In this document: positions 59,706 to 64,000 of the stretch, piece by piece
Layout: the number at the start of each line of letters is the position of its first letter
How positions within the stretch are numbered: position 1 is the stretch's first letter
Source: Promethearchaeota archaeon
Lineage (GTDB): Archaea; Asgardarchaeota; Lokiarchaeia; Sigyniarchaeales; SOKP01
Reading direction: 5' to 3'
Assembly: GCA_016840085.1 (NCBI GenBank)
Contig: JAEOTA010000081.1
Location: 192,001-256,000 of the forward strand
DNA length: 64,000 nucleotides
Notes under the pieces: model-generated
Seen by the model: the letters and a program-made list of their open reading frames with translations, nothing else
What the model was told of the DNA's origin: nothing
Database searches by the model: none
Position numbers and translations under genes: made by a program

Positions 59706-60944
59706 TTAGTCGAAGAAGTCTTTAAATTTCTCTTTAGCTATATTTTTTCTAGTTTGTTGTTGTTCTTCTGGTGTTGTCGCCTTTTTTAACGCTTCATTAC
59801 AAATTTTTTTTCCAATATTGACTTTAGGATTTGATGCCCAATTTACATTAAGTAATAGACATAAGTAATAAACTGATGATAAAATGAATGCTGCGAGAAA
59901 TCCAATATCGAATTCAGAAGGATTTTTTAACGAAATTTTTGCTGAAGGAACACCTTGCTGAATTAAAGCTTGAAAAGTTGCATCAGCTTGATAATTTATA
60001 ATTGTTTGAGCTGATTTACCATTAACCAAATCTATAGAAGAATTCAGTGTTAAATCAAGATTTTCTTTCTTAATAGTCCATAATATTGGAACTACAATTC
60101 TTTTAGTTCCCCCTAGTAAAAACTCTAACACAGAATGTTGGCAAATAGGAGCTGGTTGATATGCTCCAATCATACCTTTTCCATCTTTCCCTGTACTTTC
60201 GGATATACATTGAACCCATAATCCAACAGATCCCTCAAGATTTTTTGAATAAGGCATTGAAAAAATCATTTTAAATCCCCTCTTATATAAATTAAATAAA
60301 TATGTTGAAAACTCTAACGCAGGATTTTTTTCATATGTAGAAAATAATTTATAACCTTCTTCTAATCCAAACAGAAATTCTCTAATATTAATACCTGAAA
60401 TATATGCTGGAACAATACCAACATTAGTAACAGACCCAGCATATCGTCCAGAAAGATCAGGAACATCTAAAATTGGACAATTAATTGATTTTAGAATTTC
60501 ATTCATGGTTCCCATAGAAGATAATCCTAGAAATTTATATCCTCTATTTAAAAATGTACCAATTGTAGAGTTAACATCTAAAGTTTCTCCGCCTCTAGAT
60601 ATAGAAATAACGAGTGAATCTTCAGGAGAAGTTTTATCTAAACATCCCTTCAATTCTACTGCTCTTGAACTAGTAACAGGGAAAATTCTCTTTTTAGATA
60701 GGTGTTTTAATGCTAATAAAGTTTGAATTGAACCTCCTGTTCCTAAAATTATAATGTTTTTTAAATTCTCTGTTAAAAACTGATTTGTAATTTCCTCAAT
60801 TTTTTCGAGCTCTAAATACGATTTTGTGTCAAAAAAAAAAGGAGGACTCCATTTATCTTTATTATTTTTGATTTTATTTACTGAATCTTGTATAGCTTTT
60901 TCACTTAACTCAGGATAATATTCTAAATCTAAGTTCGACCCCAT
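59706..60944 (-). CDS. Divergent glucose-6-phosphate isomerase-like (SIS) protein
   Basis: LGTGGS, SRGGETLD, SGRY, Q..SESTGK, QHS, P.V..GK. Confidence 0.75.
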   Translation of the reverse strand: MGSNLDLEYYPELSEKAIQDSVNKIKNNKDKWSPPFFFDTKSYLELEKIEEITNQFLTENLKNIIILGTGGSIQTLLALKHLSKKRIFPVTSSRAVELKGCLDKTSPEDSLVISISRGGETLDVNSTIGTFLNRGYKFLGLSSMGTMNEILKSINCPILDVPDLSGRYAGSVTNVGIVPAYISGINIREFLFGLEEGYKLFSTYEKNPALEFSTYLFNLYKRGFKMIFSMPYSKNLEGSVGLWVQCISESTGKDGKGMIGAYQPAPICQHSVLEFLLGGTKRIVVPILWTIKKENLDLTLNSSIDLVNGKSAQTIINYQADATFQALIQQGVPSAKISLKNPSEFDIGFLAAFILSSVYYLCLLLNVNWASNPKVNIGKKICNEALKKATTPEEQQQTRKNIAKEKFKDFFD

Positions 60945-61179
60945 TTTAATTTCACCAATTTAGTTTAATATTATAATAATAGGATAATATAATCTACTCT
61001 TGTTTTTATTATTTTATTAATCTAAAAATCTATCTTAATAATGTCGTTTTTAGCTACGATATGTACAAAAAAAATTTGAAAATCTTAACTCTATTTTATT
61101 TAAAATAAGGCGCTATACAACTTAACATAAAATAAGTACCTTTAAAAAATACACTAAAATTTAATTTATGTGATATAAT

Positions 61180-62433
61180 TTGGCTAAAGCAGTAGAGGCA
61201 AAAAATGGAAGTAAAGTTGAAATGGGAGAAGCATATTACTGTCCCGAATGTAAAAGAACACATACTAAAGGAAAGATTTATAAAGATCATTTTAAATATG
61301 CCCAGTTGGAAGAAACTGGGGAAGAAATGAATGAAGATGCTTATGATGACGAAACAGAATTAATGGAAGCATTCAATGAGTTAGAAGAAAAAGAAAACAT
61401 TCTAGAAGATGAAGAGAACATTGATAAAATTGAACCTCAAATAGACCAAGGAATAGATAATGATGAGGAGGATGATGAAATTAGTAAAAATAATTGTGTA
61501 AATGCTGTGAAAAAACTCCCGGGTGTAGGAGAAGCTACATTAAATAAACTTATAAAAGCAGGATTCAATAGCCTTGAATCTATCGCCTATACACCACCCT
61601 CCATAATTAAAGAAGAAAGTGGTCTTGGTGATAAAACTACTGAAAAACTAATTAAAGCATCAATGGAACAATTGGGCATAGGATTTAAATCTGCTGATGC
61701 TATATGGGAACATAGAAAGAATATTGCAAGAGTTACTACTGGTAGTCAAGAGCTAGATGATGTATTAGGCGGTGGTGTAGAGACTGGAAGTGTAATTGAG
61801 TTTTTTGGAGAATTTAGAACTGGAAAAACTCAGATTATGCATCAATTATGTGTGAATGTACAATTACCCAAAGAAAAAGGTGGACTTGAAGCTAGAGCAT
61901 TATATATTGATACGGAAGGTACTTTTAGACCGGAAAGAATAATCCAAATGTCTGAAGGGCTTGATTTAGATTATAAGAATGTGTTAAAAAATATTGTTTT
62001 TGGAAGAGCTTATAATTCTGATCATCAAATTTTACTAATTAAAGAGGCCACTAATATCATTAAAGAAAAAAATATAAAATTAATTGTCATTGATTCATTA
62101 ATTGGACATTTTAGAAGTGAGTATATTGGGAGAGGCACTTTAGCTAGTAGACAACAGACTATCAATACTCATTTACATGATTTATTAAGGTTATGTGATA
62201 TTTATCCTGATTTATCGGTCGTAGTTACAAATCAAGTATCTGCGAAACCGGATGTGTTTTATGGTAATCCTTTGACTGCTACTGGCGGAAATATTGTTGC
62301 ACATGGTTCAACAATTAGGGTTTATTTGAGAAAAGGTAAAGGGGAACAGAGGATTGCAAAAGTAGTTGATGCTCCTCATTTACCAGAGGCTGAAGCCGTC
62401 TTTAGTATTACGGAAAATGGAATATCTGATTAA
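61180..62433 (+). CDS. radA: DNA repair and recombination protein RadA with extended N-terminus
   Basis: LPGVG (HhH), GEFRTGKTQ, YIDTEGTFRPER, FRSEYIGRG.LA.RQQ, DAPHLPE. Confidence 0.96.
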   Translation: MAKAVEAKNGSKVEMGEAYYCPECKRTHTKGKIYKDHFKYAQLEETGEEMNEDAYDDETELMEAFNELEEKENILEDEENIDKIEPQIDQGIDNDEEDDEISKNNCVNAVKKLPGVGEATLNKLIKAGFNSLESIAYTPPSIIKEESGLGDKTTEKLIKASMEQLGIGFKSADAIWEHRKNIARVTTGSQELDDVLGGGVETGSVIEFFGEFRTGKTQIMHQLCVNVQLPKEKGGLEARALYIDTEGTFRPERIIQMSEGLDLDYKNVLKNIVFGRAYNSDHQILLIKEATNIIKEKNIKLIVIDSLIGHFRSEYIGRGTLASRQQTINTHLHDLLRLCDIYPDLSVVVTNQVSAKPDVFYGNPLTATGGNIVAHGSTIRVYLRKGKGEQRIAKVVDAPHLPEAEAVFSITENGISD

Positions 62434-62445
62434 AAATAATATATA

Positions 62446-62703
62446 TTAAATTTTTATTTTCCAACCTTCTCTCTGTGTAAATTGTATTCTATTATCCTTA
62501 TTCATTTGCTGTATTATTTTGTTTATTACTTTTTCGGAAATAGTGATTCTGGATTTTACAGCACCCTCTAAAACGTTATCAATTAATAATTTTAGCGTTT
62601 GAACTGATTTTTTTTCATAGAGAATTTTTAAAACAAGTTTTTCAATAATTTTTCTGACATCTGAATGGATAACAACTTTGCCTTTTTGATTTTGATCTGA
62701 CAT
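62446..62703 (-). CDS. Small hypothetical protein (winged-helix-like)
   Basis: 85 aa ORF filling the gap. Three helices followed by a beta-hairpin (RIQFTQREGWKI). Confidence 0.6.
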   Translation of the reverse strand: MSDQNQKGKVVIHSDVRKIIEKLVLKILYEKKSVQTLKLLIDNVLEGAVKSRITISEKVINKIIQQMNKDNRIQFTQREGWKIKI

Positions 62704-62946
62704 ATTTCTTTTACGGTAATCAATAAACTAAATAAAGATAATTGAAATTCAGTTCATATATGCAAAATAGATATATATAGGATAGCTATTGTACTATTTA
62801 TAATTTCTCTCAAAAATAAGTTAAAGATGTTCTTTTACTAACATAGGTTTTTAAACATAAAATAACAAAATAAAGAAAAACAATTCTTAAAGTAAATCTA
62901 ATTATAAAATTCAAAAAATTATAAAAAAATGTTAAAAATTTTTTTT

Positions 62947-64000
62947 TTAAACTAGCTTTTCATACTCTTTAGCTTTATTCGTTAATCGTTTAACTTCCTT
63001 AGTCATTTCTGTTACTCCTAACTTAAAAATTTCTGAAGCAATTTTTGAAGACATTTTGTATTTTTGTGCTGATTCACTATATTTTTCTTCTTTAGCCGCA
63101 GTTTTTGCTTCATTTTCGAGTTTTTTCATCTTTATTTTGAGGTCTTTTATTTTAATCTTCCGTATAATATCATCTAATACGGTAAATTCCCTCGATAACT
63201 CCCAATTCAGAGCTATTCGTGCAGCATTCTGGAATATCTCAATAGATTTATCAAAATCTTTCTTATCCAGTTTTTCTCTTGCAATTTTGTTTAGTTTCTT
63301 AATTTCCTTTTTAGCCTCTTTTACATTCTCAATTAATGCAGCTCCGGGTTTAGCTTCAATAGGTGCTGAAACAATCTCTTGGCGTTCTGTTAAACTTGCA
63401 AAATAAGCCTCTCTTTCTGCAGGACCCATTTGAGCTAAATCATTAACCAATTTCTGTTTCTCTTCTGGAGATAAATCAATTAGACTTGTTACTTTTTGAT
63501 TTATAAGATTTATTTCTTGTTGAGAAATAGGAGGTGCTTCAATAGCAGATATTTCTATTGGCATCAAAATTTTCATATCTCTTAATTCCTTAATACCCAT
63601 GAAGATTTCTGCAGTGTCTTTACTAGATTTTTCACTTGCTTCTTTTAGAAGGGTAGCGATAAAGAAAAAGTTCCTTTCAGAATCTTTTATCAAACTATTT
63701 GCAATTTTGAGCACATCTCTTGAATGAGAAATCTTCAATGCTTTAATATTTGAAAACTCATAGGTAATTTCATGAGGTAATATAATTGATGTGTTCAAAA
63801 TCTCATCAATGAGCATCCCTGAATCTCTGAATATATTAAGTTGCCCTCTCCATGTGGGAAGATCATTTGCATAGGTTTTTTCAAATATCTTTATTAATTC
63901 CTTTAAATTTTTACGTAAAATTATTGAAGCATTCTTAGAGAGTACTAGAGCGATTCTTATGAACTCTCCATCAGATAATAATAACATTTTGTCACCGTAA
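62947..64000 (-). CDS. C-terminal part of a large hypothetical protein (longin-like segment plus helical/TPR-like tail), 5'-truncated
   Basis: Frame is open to the window edge (YGDKMLLLSDGEFIRIALVL...FEKTY...W.G...F). C-terminal helical repeats. Confidence 0.75.
   Translation of the reverse strand, partial: YGDKMLLLSDGEFIRIALVLSKNASIILRKNLKELIKIFEKTYANDLPTWRGQLNIFRDSGMLIDEILNTSIILPHEITYEFSNIKALKISHSRDVLKIANSLIKDSERNFFFIATLLKEASEKSSKDTAEIFMGIKELRDMKILMPIEISAIEAPPISQQEINLINQKVTSLIDLSPEEKQKLVNDLAQMGPAEREAYFASLTERQEIVSAPIEAKPGAALIENVKEAKKEIKKLNKIAREKLDKKDFDKSIEIFQNAARIALNWELSREFTVLDDIIRKIKIKDLKIKMKKLENEAKTAAKEEKYSESAQKYKMSSKIASEIFKLGVTEMTKEVKRLTNKAKEYEKLV

Overview
AT-rich archaeal chromosomal segment, most consistent with an Asgard archaeon of the Lokiarchaeia type. 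This is inferred from archaeal RadA/PheRS, DUF1512, a Vps29-like protein, a long 23-aa LRR protein, two SCP2-like proteins and a longin-like domain; no taxonomy search was run. From start to end: the 3' part of ileS; a two-anchor repeat surface protein; a ~20 kb very AT-rich glycan biosynthesis island (5.1-25.0 kb) with an FkbM pseudogene and orphan gene-end remnants; a pheS-pheT-pheA-rph cluster with a structured Phe-codon-rich leader; coaD and DUF1512; a frameshifted, RuvC-mutated TnpB between perfect 20-bp inverted repeats; an AOR/acyl-CoA ligase/SCP2 module; ppdK, tyrS, ADP-forming acyl-CoA synthetase, Vps29-like, Fe-ADH and LRR genes; a hutUHI plus formiminotransferase cluster; U32, LarA-like, aspartokinase, divergent PGI and RadA with a Zn-finger/acidic N-terminal extension. 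No rRNA, tRNA or CRISPR array was seen. The best candidates for something new are (1) the dead TnpB whose downstream 20 nt match, in inverted orientation, the divergent tnpB/aor promoter region, (2) an attenuator-like leader upstream of pheSTA, (3) a surface protein whose repeats resemble protist CD36/LIMP insertion repeats, and (4) ATT start codons behind Shine-Dalgarno motifs.
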